Assembly (NCBI GenBank): GCA_023386795.1
Contig: JAEWJB010000178.1
Coordinates: forward strand, 1,269 to 65,268
DNA from: Pseudomonadota bacterium
Lineage (GTDB): Bacteria > Pseudomonadota > Gammaproteobacteria > Xanthomonadales > Xanthomonadaceae
DNA length: 64,000 nt
Direction: 5' to 3'
Shown: one piece after another, positions 51,640 to 62,923 of the stretch
Layout of the letters: the number at the start of each line of letters is the position of its first letter
Numbering within the stretch: the stretch's first letter is position 1
Notes under the pieces: model-generated
The model's database searches: none
The model's input: only the letters and a program-made list of their open reading frames with translations
Told to the model about the DNA's origin: nothing
Position numbers and translations under genes: made by a program

Positions 51640-52965
51640 ATGAACGACCTGTCCCGCCAAGCGACCCGCCTGGAAGCGATCGGAGGCCGCTACGATCCGT
51701 GGCTGCTCGGCGCCGCCGTGGCGCTGGCCTCGCTGGGCGTGGTCATGGTCGCCTCCAGCTCGATCGAACTGGAAGCCAGCCCGTTCTACTACCTCACCCG
51801 CCACCTGCTGTTCCTGGGCGTGGGCGTGGGCCTGGCGTTCTGGGCGATGCGCACCGAGCTGAAGAACATCGAGCAGCACAACCAGTGGCTGCTGCTGGCC
51901 TGCTTCGGCCTGCTGCTGGTGGTGTTCATTCCCGGCGTGGGCAGCACCGTGAACGGTGCGCGGCGCTGGATCAACCTGGGCGTCTCGCGCTTCCAGACCG
52001 TGGAAGCGGTGAAGGTGCTCTACATCATCTGGCTGGCCAGCTACCTGGTGCGCTTCCGCGACGAGGTCAACGCGACCTGGCAGGCGATGCTCAAGCCGGT
52101 GTTCGTGGTAGGCCTGCTGGTCGGCCTGCTGCTGATGCAGCCGGACTTCGGCTCCTCGATGCTGCTGCTGAGCGTGACCGCCTGCATGCTGGTGCTCGGC
52201 GGCGCGCAGATCAAGCGCATCATCCTGCCGATCCTGCTGCTGTTGCCGGCGCTGGTGGCGCTGGTGATCCTCGAGCCGTACCGCATGCGCCGCGTGACCT
52301 CCTTCATGGACCCGTGGGCGGACCAGCTCGGCTCGGGCTACCAGCTCTCCAACGCGCTGATGGCCATCGGCCGCGGCGAGTGGTTCGGCGTGGGCCTGGG
52401 CGGCTCGGTGCAGAAGCTCAACTACCTGCCCGAATCGCACACCGACTTCATCTTCTCGGTGATCGCCGAGGAGCTGGGCTTCGTCGGCGTGTGCATGGTG
52501 GTGGCACTGTACGCGCTGCTGGTCGGCCGCGCGTTCTGGCTGGGCATGCGCTGCATCGAGATGAAGCGCCATTTTTCCGGCTACATCGCCTTCGGCATCG
52601 GCCTGTGGATCGCGATGCAGAGCTTCGTGTCCATCGGCGTGAACCTGGGCATCCTGCCGACCAAGGGCCTGACCCTGCCGCTGATCTCCTCCGGCGGTTC
52701 GTCCGTGCTGATGACCTGCGTGGCGATGGGCGTGCTGTTGCGCGTCTCCTACGAGACCGATCGCGCCGAACGCCTGCGCAGCAAGCTCGCGCCAGGTGCG
52801 CAGGGCGCCGCCGCGCCGGAAGCTGCCGAGGGCGCGCCTGCTCCGGCTGCCGCGCCGGCGCGTCCGGCCGCGCCGACGGCCAGCGAGATCGCCGCCGCGG
52901 CACAGCTGCGCGGCACCAGCCGCATGCAGCCGCGCGTCGAACCGACCTTCGGGAGGATCGCGTGA
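51640..52965 (+). CDS. ftsW: Peptidoglycan glycosyltransferase FtsW (SEDS family) with an Ala/Pro-rich C-terminal tail
   Basis: It is a polytopic SEDS protein ([37 protein letters not shown]). It starts 2 nt after mraY, so there is no murD between them. Confidence 0.95.
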   Translation: MNDLSRQATRLEAIGGRYDPWLLGAAVALASLGVVMVASSSIELEASPFYYLTRHLLFLGVGVGLAFWAMRTELKNIEQHNQWLLLACFGLLLVVFIPGVGSTVNGARRWINLGVSRFQTVEAVKVLYIIWLASYLVRFRDEVNATWQAMLKPVFVVGLLVGLLLMQPDFGSSMLLLSVTACMLVLGGAQIKRIILPILLLLPALVALVILEPYRMRRVTSFMDPWADQLGSGYQLSNALMAIGRGEWFGVGLGGSVQKLNYLPESHTDFIFSVIAEELGFVGVCMVVALYALLVGRAFWLGMRCIEMKRHFSGYIAFGIGLWIAMQSFVSIGVNLGILPTKGLTLPLISSGGSSVLMTCVAMGVLLRVSYETDRAERLRSKLAPGAQGAAAPEAAEGAPAPAAAPARPAAPTASEIAAAAQLRGTSRMQPRVEPTFGRIA

Positions 52966-54038
52966 GCGCAGCCGCACCGCGCCCCGTGATGATCCTCGCC
53001 GGGGGTACCGGCGGGCACATCTTTCCCGGCCTGGCCGTGGCGAAGGTGCTGCGCGCGCGTGGCGTGCCGGTGACCTGGCTCGGCGCCGATGGCGCGATGG
53101 AAACCCGTCTGGTGCCACAGCACGAGATCCCGATCGACACGCTGGCCATCAGCGGCCTGCGCGGCAAGGGCAAGCTGGCCCTGCTCGGCGCGCCGTGGCG
53201 GGTGATGCGCGCGGTGCGCGGCGCCGGCTTCGTGCTGCGCGACCGCCAGCCGCGCGCGGTGGTGAGCTTCGGGGGCTTCGCCGCCGGCCCCGGTGGGCTG
53301 GCCGCGCGCCTGATGAAGCTGCCGCTGCTGGTGCACGAACAGAACCGCGCCCCGGGCATGACCAACAAGGTGCTCTCCCGCTTCGCGCGCCGCGTGCTGA
53401 CCGGCTTTCCCGGCAGCTTTGCCGGCGAGGAAGCGGTGGGCAACCCGGTGCGTGCCGAGATCGCCGCGCTGCCGGCGCCGGCAGAACGCTTCGCCGGCCG
53501 CAGTGGCCCGGTACGCGTGCTGGTGCTCGGCGGCAGCCAGGGCGCGCGCGTGCTCAACAACGCCGTGCCGCAGGCGCTCGCCGCGCTGGGCCACCCCGAT
53601 GTGCAGGTGCGCCACCAGTGTGGCGAGAAGCTGCGCGCCGAAGCCGAAGCCGCGTATGCGCAGGCGGGCGTGCAGGCGAGCGTGGAACCGTTCATCGCCG
53701 ACATGGCCGCCGCTTACGCCTGGGCCGATCTGGTGGTGTGCCGTGCCGGCGCGTCCACGCTGGCCGAGCTGTGCGCGGCGGGCGTGGGTAGCGTGCTGGT
53801 GCCGTTCGCCGCCGCCGTCGACGACCACCAGACCCGCAATGCCGAATACCTGGTCGATGCCGGCGCCGCCGTGCTGCTCAAGCAGGACGACGCGCTGGCC
53901 ACGCACCTGCAGCCGGTGCTGCGCGATTTGCTGGCCGATCCGCAGCGCCGCCTGGCGATGGCCCAGGCCGCGCGCGGCCTGGCCAAACCCGATGCGGCCG
54001 AACGCATCGCCGACATCATTCTCGAGGAAGCCGTATGA
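52962..54038 (+). CDS. murG: UDP-N-acetylglucosamine--N-acetylmuramyl-(pentapeptide) pyrophosphoryl-undecaprenol GlcNAc transferase
   Basis: GTG 52962 overlaps the ftsW stop. [17 protein letters not shown] and the later HQTRNA motif are present. Confidence 0.94.
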   Translation: MSAAAPRPVMILAGGTGGHIFPGLAVAKVLRARGVPVTWLGADGAMETRLVPQHEIPIDTLAISGLRGKGKLALLGAPWRVMRAVRGAGFVLRDRQPRAVVSFGGFAAGPGGLAARLMKLPLLVHEQNRAPGMTNKVLSRFARRVLTGFPGSFAGEEAVGNPVRAEIAALPAPAERFAGRSGPVRVLVLGGSQGARVLNNAVPQALAALGHPDVQVRHQCGEKLRAEAEAAYAQAGVQASVEPFIADMAAAYAWADLVVCRAGASTLAELCAAGVGSVLVPFAAAVDDHQTRNAEYLVDAGAAVLLKQDDALATHLQPVLRDLLADPQRRLAMAQAARGLAKPDAAERIADIILEEAV

Positions 54039-54102
54039 AGTGGGGAACCGCGAAGCGCCAGTGGGCGTTCGCACAGCAGCGCGCCGCGCAGGCAGGCCGC
54101 GC

Positions 54103-55539
54103 ATGATCCGTCGACTGCAGGACAGCCAGGACCTGGTGCGCGCGTTCCCGCGCGTCCACTTCGTCGGCATCGGCGGCACCGGCATGAGTGGCATCGCCGA
54201 GGTCATGCTGACGCTGGGCTACGAGGTCTCCGGTTCGGACAACGCCGACAATGCCGCCACCCGCCGCCTGGCCAAGCTGGGCGCGCGCGTGATGCGCGGC
54301 CACTCGGCCGCCAACGTGCTGGGCACGGATTGCGTGGTGGTCTCCAGCGCGATCCGCGAGGACAACCCGGAGTTGATGGAAGCGCGCAGCCAGCGCATCC
54401 CGATCATGCCGCGCGCGGCGATGCTGGCCGAACTGATGCGCTTCCGTCGCGGCATCGCGGTGGCCGGCACGCATGGCAAGACCACCACCACCAGCCTCAC
54501 CGCCGCGGTGCTGAGCGAAGGCGGGCTGGACCCGACGTTCGTGATCGGCGGCCAGCTGCTTGCCGCCGGCGCCAATGCCAAGCTCGGCGGTGGCCAGTGG
54601 CTGGTGGCCGAGGCCGATGAAAGCGATGGCAGCTTCCTGCGCCTCAATCCGCTGGTGGCCGTGATCACCAACATCGACGCCGACCACCTGGAGAACTACG
54701 GCAACGACTTTGCCCGGGTGCAGGCGGCGTTCGCCGAGTTCCTGCAGCGCCTGCCGTTCTACGGCCTGGCGTTGCTGTGCATCGATGACCCGGAGGTCGC
54801 CGCGCTGGCCGCCAAGACGCCGCGCCACGTGATGACCTACGGCATGAGCGCGCACGCCGACGTGCGCGCCGAGGACGTGGTGCAGGACGGTGCGCGCATG
54901 CGCTTCACCCTGCGCCTGCCCGAGGGCACCACCACGCCGGTGACGCTCGCGCTGCCGGGCCGCCACAACGTGCTCAACGCGCTGGCCGCTGCCGCCGTGG
55001 GCTGGCAGCTGGGCGTGGCGCCGGAGACGATCGCCAAGGCCCTGGAATCCTTCGCCGGCATCGGCCGCCGCTTCAACGACCTGGGCGAAGTCACGACCGC
55101 CACGGGCGCCAAGGTGCGCGTGGTCGACGACTACGGCCACCACCCGCGCGAGCTGGAAGCCGTGTTCGCCGCCGCGCGCGGCGGCTGGCCGGACAAGCGC
55201 CTGGTCGTGGCTTTCCAGCCGCACCGCTACAGCCGTACCCGCGACCAGTTCGACGCCTTCGCCGCGGTACTGAGCACCGTCGATGCGCTGGTGCTGAGCG
55301 AGGTCTACCCGGCCGGCGAGGCGCCGATCCCCGGCGCCGACGCGCGTTCGCTGGCCCGCGCCATCCGCGCGCGCGGCCGCAGCGAGCCGGTGGTCGTCGG
55401 CCAGGTCGCGCAGCTGGGCGAGGTGCTGCCGGACGTGCTGCAGGACGGTGACCTGCTGCTGATGATGGGGGCGGGCGATATCGGCTACGTCGCCCAGCAC
55501 ATCGCCAACGAAGGTTTCCGCAGCGGGGAAAAGGCATGA
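54103..55539 (+). CDS. murC: UDP-N-acetylmuramate--L-alanine ligase
   Basis: The start is ATG 54103. [29 protein letters not shown] and [12 protein letters not shown] are present. Confidence 0.95.
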   Translation: MIRRLQDSQDLVRAFPRVHFVGIGGTGMSGIAEVMLTLGYEVSGSDNADNAATRRLAKLGARVMRGHSAANVLGTDCVVVSSAIREDNPELMEARSQRIPIMPRAAMLAELMRFRRGIAVAGTHGKTTTTSLTAAVLSEGGLDPTFVIGGQLLAAGANAKLGGGQWLVAEADESDGSFLRLNPLVAVITNIDADHLENYGNDFARVQAAFAEFLQRLPFYGLALLCIDDPEVAALAAKTPRHVMTYGMSAHADVRAEDVVQDGARMRFTLRLPEGTTTPVTLALPGRHNVLNALAAAAVGWQLGVAPETIAKALESFAGIGRRFNDLGEVTTATGAKVRVVDDYGHHPRELEAVFAAARGGWPDKRLVVAFQPHRYSRTRDQFDAFAAVLSTVDALVLSEVYPAGEAPIPGADARSLARAIRARGRSEPVVVGQVAQLGEVLPDVLQDGDLLLMMGAGDIGYVAQHIANEGFRSGEKA

Positions 55540-56495
55540 GCACGCTGCCCGCCCGTCGCCATGAAGATGCGACCGTGTTCGGCCGCGTGGCCGTGCTGCT
55601 CGGCGGCACGTCCAGCGAGCGCGAGGTGTCGCTGGACTCCGGTCGCAACGTGCTGGAGGCGCTGCGCAGCCGCGGCGTGGACGCGCAGCCGGTCGATGGC
55701 ATCCCGGCGCTGGCCAAGGCGCTGGCTGCCGGCCAGTTCGATCGCGTGTTCAACGTCCTGCATGGCCACAACGGGGGCGGCGAGGATGGCATCGTGCAGG
55801 GCCTGATGGACGCCTTCGGCGTGCCGTACACCGGCTCGGACGTGCTGGGCTCGGCGCTGTCGATGGACAAGATCCGCACCAAGCAGGTGTGGCTGTCGCT
55901 CGGCCTGCCGACCCCGCGCTACGTGCGCCTGGGCAAGGGCGCCGACGTGCACGCGGCCGCCCGCGAACTGGGCCTGCCGGTGATCGTGAAGCCGGCCAAC
56001 GAAGGTTCCAGCGTCGGCGTCAGCCGCGTGTTCGAGGACGCGCAGCTCGATGAGGCCGTCGCCCTGGCCGCGCGCTACGAAGGCGAGCTGCTGATGGAGC
56101 AGCTCATCGAGGGCGACGAGCTGACCGTGGCGATCCTCGGCGCGCAGGCGCTGCCGTCGATCCGCATCGTGCCCAAGGGCCAGTGGTACGACTACAACGC
56201 CAAGTACATCGCCGAGGACACGCAGTACCTGTGCCCTGGCCTGGAAGGCGAAGCGGAAGCGCAGATCCGCCGCATCGCGCTGGCCGCGTTCCAGGCCGCC
56301 GGCTGCGCCGGCTGGGGGCGCGTGGACGTGATGCGCGACCGCGCCAGCGGCCAGTTCTACCTGCTTGAAGTGAACACCGCGCCGGGCATGACCAGCCATT
56401 CGCTGGTGCCCAAGGCCGCGCGCCAGCTCGGCGTCGAGTTCGACGAACTGTGCTGGCGGATCCTGGAGCAGACCGTCCCGGAGCAGCATCCATGA
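55536..56495 (+). CDS. ddl: D-alanine--D-alanine ligase
   Basis: 319 aa, with [11 protein letters not shown]...VFNVLHG..GEDG..QG and an ATP-grasp domain ([12 protein letters not shown]...[10 protein letters not shown]). Confidence 0.95.
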   Translation: MSTLPARRHEDATVFGRVAVLLGGTSSEREVSLDSGRNVLEALRSRGVDAQPVDGIPALAKALAAGQFDRVFNVLHGHNGGGEDGIVQGLMDAFGVPYTGSDVLGSALSMDKIRTKQVWLSLGLPTPRYVRLGKGADVHAAARELGLPVIVKPANEGSSVGVSRVFEDAQLDEAVALAARYEGELLMEQLIEGDELTVAILGAQALPSIRIVPKGQWYDYNAKYIAEDTQYLCPGLEGEAEAQIRRIALAAFQAAGCAGWGRVDVMRDRASGQFYLLEVNTAPGMTSHSLVPKAARQLGVEFDELCWRILEQTVPEQHP

Positions 56496-56598
56496 CGTTG
56501 AGCGGATACGGCATGACGCAGGCTGGGAAGCGGGGCGCGATGGCGCCGGCCGCCACGGCTGCCTGCGCCTGCCGTATCGCGGCCGGGCAGGTGCGCGC

Positions 56599-57402
56599 AT
56601 GAACGCCGTGCTGCGCATCCTCGCCTGGCTGCTGGCGGTGGCGCTGGTCGCGCTGCCGGTGGTGGCCGTGCTCAATGGCTGGGTCGGCGCCGAGCGCTGG
56701 CCGCTGGCCAAGCTGCGCGTCACCGGCGATTTCAAGCGCGTGCCAGCCGAACAGCTGCGCGCGGTGGTATTGCCGTATGCGCGCTCGGGCTTCTTCGCGG
56801 TGAAGTTGAAGGACGCCCAGGACGCCATCGAGCAACTGCCGTGGGTGGAGAGCGCGCAGGTGCGCAAGCAGTGGCCGGACGTGCTGGAAGTGCGCGTGGT
56901 CGAGCACCAGCCGTTCGCGCGCTGGGGCGCGGACCGCATGCTCTCCGAGCAGGGCCGCCTGTTTGCCATCCCCCCGCGCCTGCGCAGCCTGCAGCTGCCG
57001 CAGCTCGGTGGCCCGGACAGCAAGACGCGCGAAGTGGTCGCGCTCTACAACGAATCACGCGCGCTGTTCGCGCCGACCGGGTTGGACGTGCAGCGCCTGG
57101 AAATGGACGCGCGCGGCAGCTGGTCGCTGGGGCTGAGCAACGGCATCGCGGTCATCGTCGGCCGCGACGACGCGCGCGCCCGCTTGCAGCGCTTCGCCCG
57201 CGTGCTGCCGCAGCTGCTCGATCCGCAGCAGCAGCCGATCGCGCGCGCCGACCTTCGCTACACCAACGGTTTCACCCTGGAGAGACAGCCGGCCGCCGCG
57301 CCGGCGAGCGCGCCGCCCGCCGGGCCGCGCCGCATCGCCGCCACGTCCCGCCGCGTCTCCCTTCCGCATTCCCTTTTCAGCATTCCGGCAGCCAGTACAT
57401 GA
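56599..57402 (+). CDS. ftsQ: Cell division protein FtsQ
   Basis: It has an N-terminal TM segment (ILAWLLAVALVALPVVAVL) and a POTRA-like region (LRVTGDFKRVPAEQLRAVV...). It sits between ddl and ftsA. Confidence 0.85.
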   Translation: MNAVLRILAWLLAVALVALPVVAVLNGWVGAERWPLAKLRVTGDFKRVPAEQLRAVVLPYARSGFFAVKLKDAQDAIEQLPWVESAQVRKQWPDVLEVRVVEHQPFARWGADRMLSEQGRLFAIPPRLRSLQLPQLGGPDSKTREVVALYNESRALFAPTGLDVQRLEMDARGSWSLGLSNGIAVIVGRDDARARLQRFARVLPQLLDPQQQPIARADLRYTNGFTLERQPAAAPASAPPAGPRRIAATSRRVSLPHSLFSIPAAST

Positions 57403-58634
57403 ACCGCAAGGGCGATAAATCTCTCATCGTGGGCCTCGACATCGGCACCTCCAAGGTGGTGGCGCTGGTCGGCGAATATTCGCCGGGCAATCCGATCGAG
57501 GTGATCGGCATCGGTTCGCACGAATCGCGTGGCCTCAAGCGCGGCGTGGTGGTGGACATCGAATCGACGGTGCAGTCGATCCAGCGCGCGGTCGAGGAAG
57601 CCGAGCTGATGGCCGGCTGCGAGATCCGCTCGGTGTATGCCTCGATCTCCGGCAACCACGTGCAGTGCAAGAACTCGCCGGGCATCGTGCCGATCCGCGA
57701 CGGCGAAGTGACCTGGGGCGATCTGGAACGCGTGCTTGACGCCGCCAAGGCGGTGGCGATCCCGGCCGACCAGCGCATCCTGCATGCGATCCCGCGCGAG
57801 TACGTGCTGGATGATTCGCAGGAAGGCATCCGCAACCCGGTCGGCATGACCGGCGTGCGCCTGGAGGTGCACGCGCACCTGGTGGTGTGCGCGCAGTCGG
57901 CGGCGGCCAACATCAGCAAGTGCGTGCAGAAGTGCGGCTTGCAGGTCGATGACCTGGTGCTGTCCTCGCTGGCGTCCAGCGTGGCCGTGCTGACCGCCGA
58001 CGAGCGCGAGCTGGGCGTGGTCCTGGTGGATATCGGCGCCGGCACCACGGACATCGCCGTGTACGTGCAGGGCGCCATCTGCCACACCGCCTCGCTGCCG
58101 ATCGCCGGCGACCACGTCACCAACGACATCGCGCACATGCTGCGCACCCCGACGCCGGAAGCCGAGCAGATCAAGGTGCGCTACGCCTGCGCGCTGGCGC
58201 AGCTGGCCACCGCCGAGGAAAGCATCCAGGTGCCGTCGGTGGGCGACCGTCCGCCGCGCCGCATGCCGCGTGCCTCGCTGGCGCAGGCGGTGCAGGGTCG
58301 TTACGAGGAAATCTTCGAAATGGTGCAGGCCGAGCTGCGTCGTTCCGGCTTCGAGGAACTGGTGCGCGCCGGCATGGTGCTGACCGGTGGCGCCTCGAAG
58401 ATGGAAGGCGTGGTCGAGCTGGCCGAGGAAATGCTGCAGATGCCGGTGCGCGTGGGCATCCCGCAGCACGTCACCGGCCTGGGCGAAGTGGTGGGCAACC
58501 CGGTGCATGCCACCGGCGTGGGCCTGCTGCTGATGGGCAGCCAGATCGAGCATCCGCGGCGGCCGTCGATTCCGACCGGCCGTGCCGGCAGCTTCTTCAA
58601 CAAACTCAAGAACTGGTATCGCGGCGAATTCTGA
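57399..58634 (+). CDS. ftsA: Cell division protein FtsA
   Basis: ATG 57399 overlaps the ftsQ stop (ATGA). [31 protein letters not shown] and a C-terminal amphipathic tail ([13 protein letters not shown]) are present. Confidence 0.97.
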   Translation: MNRKGDKSLIVGLDIGTSKVVALVGEYSPGNPIEVIGIGSHESRGLKRGVVVDIESTVQSIQRAVEEAELMAGCEIRSVYASISGNHVQCKNSPGIVPIRDGEVTWGDLERVLDAAKAVAIPADQRILHAIPREYVLDDSQEGIRNPVGMTGVRLEVHAHLVVCAQSAAANISKCVQKCGLQVDDLVLSSLASSVAVLTADERELGVVLVDIGAGTTDIAVYVQGAICHTASLPIAGDHVTNDIAHMLRTPTPEAEQIKVRYACALAQLATAEESIQVPSVGDRPPRRMPRASLAQAVQGRYEEIFEMVQAELRRSGFEELVRAGMVLTGGASKMEGVVELAEEMLQMPVRVGIPQHVTGLGEVVGNPVHATGVGLLLMGSQIEHPRRPSIPTGRAGSFFNKLKNWYRGEF

Positions 58635-58762
58635 AGCGCGGTGCGAAGTGGCAGCAAGCAGTGGGCAGTCGCAGTAGAGCAGGGCACGCAGTACTCAAAC
58701 CAGAAGAGAACGCCGGCCACGGGCAACCCCCGGGTCACGGCTCCACACTAGAGGACAAGGAC

Positions 58763-59995
58763 ATGGCACATTTTGAACTGATCGAAAAGATGGCTCCGAA
58801 CGCGGTCATCAAGGTGGTGGGCGTGGGCGGTGGCGGCGGCAACGCCGTGGCGCACATGGTCAGCAGCAGCGTGGATGGCGTGGAGTTCATCACCGCCAAC
58901 ACCGATTCGCAGGCGATCAAGAATTGCGGTGCGAAGCTGCAGCTGCAGCTGGGCACCAACGTGACCAAGGGCCTCGGCGCCGGCGCCAACCCGGAAGTCG
59001 GCCGCCAGGCCGCGCTGGAAGACCGCGAGCGCATCATGGACGCGCTGCAGGGCGCGGACATGGTGTTCATCACCGCCGGCATGGGCGGCGGCACCGGCAC
59101 CGGCGCGGCGCCGGTCGTGGCGCAGCTGGCCAAGGAGATGGGCATCCTGACCGTGGCCGTGGTCACCAAGCCGTTCCCGTTCGAAGGCCGTCGCCGCATG
59201 CAGGTGGCGCTGAAGGGCATCGAGGAGCTGTCGGCGCACTGCGACTCGCTGATCACCATCCCCAACGAGAAGCTGATCACCGTGCTCGGCCGCAACGCCA
59301 CGATGATCCAGGCGTTCCGCGCCGCCAACGACGTGCTGCAGGGCGCGGTGCAGGGCATTGCCGACCTGATCGTGCGCCCGGGCCTGATCAACGTCGACTT
59401 CGCCGACGTGCGCACCGTGATGTCCGAGATGGGCCTGGCGATGATGGGCACCGGCTCGGCGCGCGGCGACGACCGCGCCCAGGCCGCGGCCGAGGCGGCG
59501 ATCCAGAACCCGCTGCTGGACGACGTGAACCTGGCCGGTGCCAACGGCATCCTGGTCAACATCACCGCCGGCCCGGACTTCACCATGTCCGAGTTCGACG
59601 AGATCGGCCGCACCATCGAAGGCTTCGCCTCCGAGGACGCCACCGTGGTCGTCGGCACCGTGCTGGACCCGGACATGCAGGACGAAGTCCGCGTGACCGT
59701 GGTCGCCACCGGCCTGAACCGCGCGGTCGCCCGCACGGCGCAGCGCCCGGAACAGCGCGCGCCGATCAAGCTGGTGCGCAATGCCACCACCGGCCAGCCG
59801 GAATTCGGCGATTTCGACAACGGCGGCAGCGATGCCGTGTCCAAGGCCGTGGGTGGCTCGATGGGCCTGGGCCTGCGTCGCGCCAGCGGCGACGCCGGTG
59901 CCGGTGCCGGCACGGGGGCTTCGGCGCCGGCCGCCGCCGAGCTGCCGAGCGACTACCTGGACATCCCGGCGTTCCTGCGCCGCCAGGCCGACTGA
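58763..59995 (+). CDS. ftsZ: Cell division GTPase FtsZ
   Basis: The start is ATG 58763. [34 protein letters not shown] and the C-terminal peptide [14 protein letters not shown] are present. Confidence 0.98.
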   Translation: MAHFELIEKMAPNAVIKVVGVGGGGGNAVAHMVSSSVDGVEFITANTDSQAIKNCGAKLQLQLGTNVTKGLGAGANPEVGRQAALEDRERIMDALQGADMVFITAGMGGGTGTGAAPVVAQLAKEMGILTVAVVTKPFPFEGRRRMQVALKGIEELSAHCDSLITIPNEKLITVLGRNATMIQAFRAANDVLQGAVQGIADLIVRPGLINVDFADVRTVMSEMGLAMMGTGSARGDDRAQAAAEAAIQNPLLDDVNLAGANGILVNITAGPDFTMSEFDEIGRTIEGFASEDATVVVGTVLDPDMQDEVRVTVVATGLNRAVARTAQRPEQRAPIKLVRNATTGQPEFGDFDNGGSDAVSKAVGGSMGLGLRRASGDAGAGAGTGASAPAAAELPSDYLDIPAFLRRQAD

Positions 59996-60116
59996 CCTTC
60001 CGCCCAAGCGGAATGCTTCACCGGCGCCGCGCGCCACCGCCGCCATCGCGGAGGTGGAACGCAGCGTCGGCGGCCAACGGGCTTTTCTCCCCCGCTGGCC
60101 GGCGCCATGTCCTTGT

Positions 60117-60155
60117 CCGCCGGGTCGGTCGTGCCCCCGACCCGGCGGGTTTTGG
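60117..60155 (+). terminator. Rho-independent terminator downstream of ftsZ
   Basis: CCGCCGGGTCGG-tcgtgccc-CCGACCCGGCGG forms a 12-bp perfect stem and is followed by GTTTTGG. Confidence 0.75.
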
Positions 60156-60280
60156 CGTTGCATGCCAGGGCGCGGCATCGGGCGTGAATCCGCCTGTGCG
60201 ACACTTTTGTTAACATTCGACGCGCCAGACAGCGTGCCAATTCAGCTCCCGTCTGCGTTTGTCATTCAGACTTCACCGCC

Positions 60281-61192
60281 ATGACCCAACAGCGCACCCT
60301 CAAGAACACGATCCGCGCCACCGGCGTAGGCCTGCACAGTGGCGACAAGGTCTACATGACCCTGCGCCCGGCGCCGGTCAACCACGGCATCGTGTTCCGC
60401 CGCGTGGACATGGAGCCGGTGGTGGAGGTGCCCGCCGACGCGGGTCTGGTCACCGAGACCACCCTGTGCACCGGGCTCACCTGCAACGGCGCCAAGATCC
60501 AGACCGTCGAGCACCTGATGTCGGCCCTGGCCGGCCTGGGCATCGACAACGCGATCGTCGAGCTGTCCTCGGCCGAACTGCCGATCATGGATGGCTCCTC
60601 GGGCCCGTTCGTGTTCCTGCTGCAGTCCGCCGGCATCGTCGAGCAGGACGCGGCCAAGCGCTTCATCCGCATCAAGTCGCCGGTGGAAGTGCGCGACGGC
60701 GACAAGGTCGCCCGCTTCACCCCGTATGACGGCTACAAGCTGGGCTTCACCATCGAGTTCGACCACCCGATGATCCCGGCCAAGCAGTCGCGCGCCGAGC
60801 TGGAGTTCTCCACCGCCGCGTACATCAAGGAAATCTCCCGCGCCCGTACGTTCGGCTTCATGCGCGACCTGGAGTACATGCGCGAGCGCAACCTGGGCCT
60901 GGGCGGCTCGATGGACAACGCCATCGTGCTGGACGAGTTCCGCGTGCTCAACGACGACGGCTTGCGCTATACCGACGAATTCGTGCGCCACAAGATCCTC
61001 GACGCCGTCGGCGACCTGTACCTGGCGGGCGGCCCGATCCTCGGCGCCTACGAGGGTTTCAAGTCCGGCCACGCGCTCAACAACAAGCTGGTCCGGGCGC
61101 TGCTGGCGCAGCAGGAAGCCTGGGAATGGGTCAGCTTCCCCGCCGGCAGCGTGCAGCCGCCGGTCGCCTACGGCACCCCCGCCTACGCCTGA
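60281..61192 (+). CDS. lpxC: UDP-3-O-acyl-N-acetylglucosamine deacetylase
   Basis: 303 aa, with [41 protein letters not shown] and [12 protein letters not shown]. Confidence 0.97.
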   Translation: MTQQRTLKNTIRATGVGLHSGDKVYMTLRPAPVNHGIVFRRVDMEPVVEVPADAGLVTETTLCTGLTCNGAKIQTVEHLMSALAGLGIDNAIVELSSAELPIMDGSSGPFVFLLQSAGIVEQDAAKRFIRIKSPVEVRDGDKVARFTPYDGYKLGFTIEFDHPMIPAKQSRAELEFSTAAYIKEISRARTFGFMRDLEYMRERNLGLGGSMDNAIVLDEFRVLNDDGLRYTDEFVRHKILDAVGDLYLAGGPILGAYEGFKSGHALNNKLVRALLAQQEAWEWVSFPAGSVQPPVAYGTPAYA

Positions 61193-61420
61193 AGTGCTCC
61201 CTGACAGGGGGCTCCCCACCTACCCGGCCTCCCTGTGGGGAGCTCGCCGAGGTCATGTCGTGGAACTGTGAACTCATACCGAGCCAGTTCCTGAATTTAA
61301 CGACTATTTAATAGTTCCCTAACTAACGCCCCATCCTGGCCCGCTAGGATGCGTCCGGTCGCGTACGTTCTTCTCATGATCTTCACGCGCGGCGGCCGGC
61401 AGGGAGTGCCGGTCAGGGCA

Positions 61421-61873
61421 TCAACGGCGGGTCTTGGGCGCGCCGGTGGACGCGATGTCCTGCAGGGATGCCAGCGCTTCGCGCAGACCCTTGTGCGTGG
61501 CGGCTGACACAGGTTTCGACTGCCCCGGGTTCTTCGGCATTGGGGAATGCAGCGAAGTGGTGGTGGTCTTGGGGGTCACCCGCGTGACTTTCAGCCCGAC
61601 GGATCGGGCCGCAACGAGGAGCTGTTGTTCGGCCAGCCGCAGTTTGGCGTGCCACACCGGCGAATCGACGAGGAAAACGAGCTGTTCGTCCTTCACGTTG
61701 GCAAGCCGGCAGTGCCCGGCGAGTGAAGGCGGCAGATGGGGGCGCAACTGCCTGTCCAGCGCATCGAGCCACAAGGCTCGGCGCAAGGGGTTGCCGGTCT
61801 TCTCCGCCAGCGCGGCCTCGATGGCCTGCTGCGGGATGGAGGGGCCGCGTGCGCTGGACTTTGGCTTGGACAT
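61421..61873 (-). CDS. DUF721-domain protein (DciA-like)
   Basis: 150 aa. The DUF721-type core is LANVKDEQLVFLVDSPVWHAKLRLAEQQLLVAARSVG. The C-terminal tail is basic and Thr/Pro-rich. Confidence 0.65.
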   Translation of the reverse strand: MSKPKSSARGPSIPQQAIEAALAEKTGNPLRRALWLDALDRQLRPHLPPSLAGHCRLANVKDEQLVFLVDSPVWHAKLRLAEQQLLVAARSVGLKVTRVTPKTTTTSLHSPMPKNPGQSKPVSAATHKGLREALASLQDIASTGAPKTRR

Positions 61874-61885
61874 GAAGACTCACAT

Positions 61886-62833
61886 ATGGCTTTCAACAAG
61901 ATCGTAATCAAATCGCGAGAAACCCGGGGCCAGCGTCTGGCCCGCCAGATCCGCGGTTTCGCCGCGGATCGGCCACTGACCGTGCTGGGCGGGGTGCTGG
62001 GCACCGGCCTGCTGCTCGGCCTGGGCGTGGCTACGGGGGCGGGCATGGTGACCGATGCCCGCCTGCAGGCCAAGGTGGACGCGCAGCAGGCCGAACTGGC
62101 CAAGGTGCAGCGCGAGTCCCAGGCGCAGGTCAACGCGCTGGCCGCGCGGCTCGGCGAGCTGCAGGCCCAGGCCACCCGCCTGAACGCCCTGGGCGAGCGC
62201 CTGACCCAGATGGGCAAGCTGCAGGACGGCGAATTCGACTTCAACGAACCGGTGGGCGTGGGTGGCGGCGACGAGCCGGCCCAGGACATGCCGGTCGGCG
62301 AGTTCAAGGAGGATCTAGGGCAACTCGAACAGCAGTTCTCCGCCTCCGGCCAGCAGCTCAACGTCCTCGCGTCGCTGATGTTCGACCACCAGCTGGAGCA
62401 GAACGCGGTTCCCTCGCGGATGCCGATCCGCAACACCTACATCACCTCCGGCTTCGGCGGCCGGGCCGATCCGTTCAACGGCGGCGCCGCCAACCACAAG
62501 GGCATCGATTTCCATGCCAGCGTCGGCGACCCGGTGCTGGCCGTGGCCGACGGCGTGGTCAGCTACGCCGGCGTGCGTGGCGGCTACGGCAACGTGGTGG
62601 AGGTCGACCACGGTAACGGCTACGTCACCCGCTACGCGCACAACTCGCGCCTGACGGTGAAGGCGGGCGACCTGGTCCGTGCCGGCGAGCAGGTGGCCAA
62701 GGCCGGTTCCACTGGCCGTTCCACCGGCGCCCATGTCCATTTCGAGGTCTGGAAGGACGGGCAGGTCATGAACCCGCGCAAGTTCCTGGGCGACAACAAC
62801 AATACGCCGGTGGGGCGCCGCGGACGCGGCTGA
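61886..62833 (+). CDS. M23-family metallopeptidase (LytM domain) with TM anchor and coiled coil
   Basis: The start is ATG 61886. It has a TM segment (LTVLGGVLGTGLLLGLGV), a coiled coil (QAELAKVQRESQAQVNALAARLGELQ), and an intact-looking LytM domain (HKGIDF...GYGNVVEVDHGNGYVTRYAH...GAHVHFEV). Confidence 0.9.
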   Translation: MAFNKIVIKSRETRGQRLARQIRGFAADRPLTVLGGVLGTGLLLGLGVATGAGMVTDARLQAKVDAQQAELAKVQRESQAQVNALAARLGELQAQATRLNALGERLTQMGKLQDGEFDFNEPVGVGGGDEPAQDMPVGEFKEDLGQLEQQFSASGQQLNVLASLMFDHQLEQNAVPSRMPIRNTYITSGFGGRADPFNGGAANHKGIDFHASVGDPVLAVADGVVSYAGVRGGYGNVVEVDHGNGYVTRYAHNSRLTVKAGDLVRAGEQVAKAGSTGRSTGAHVHFEVWKDGQVMNPRKFLGDNNNTPVGRRGRG

Positions 62834-62898
62834 CCCCGCGCCGGGCACGGGGCTTGCGTTCGCCAGACCCCGCCCCAAGCTACAATGGGCATTGCCAT

Positions 62899-62923
62899 CG
62901 ACAGGGCGCTTTGCGCCCTGTCG
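62899..62923 (+). terminator. Perfect 11-bp hairpin between the M23 peptidase gene and secA (terminator or secA-leader structure)
   Basis: CGACAGGGCGC-ttt-GCGCCCTGTCG is followed by CGTTTGCGG. It is preceded by a TACAAT hexamer at 62881-62886. Confidence 0.5.

Noticed and set aside
61126-61311. A 61-aa ORF overlapping the lpxC 3' end and running into the AT-rich island.
   Set aside because: It overlaps lpxC out of frame, has no ribosome-binding site, and has an implausible composition.
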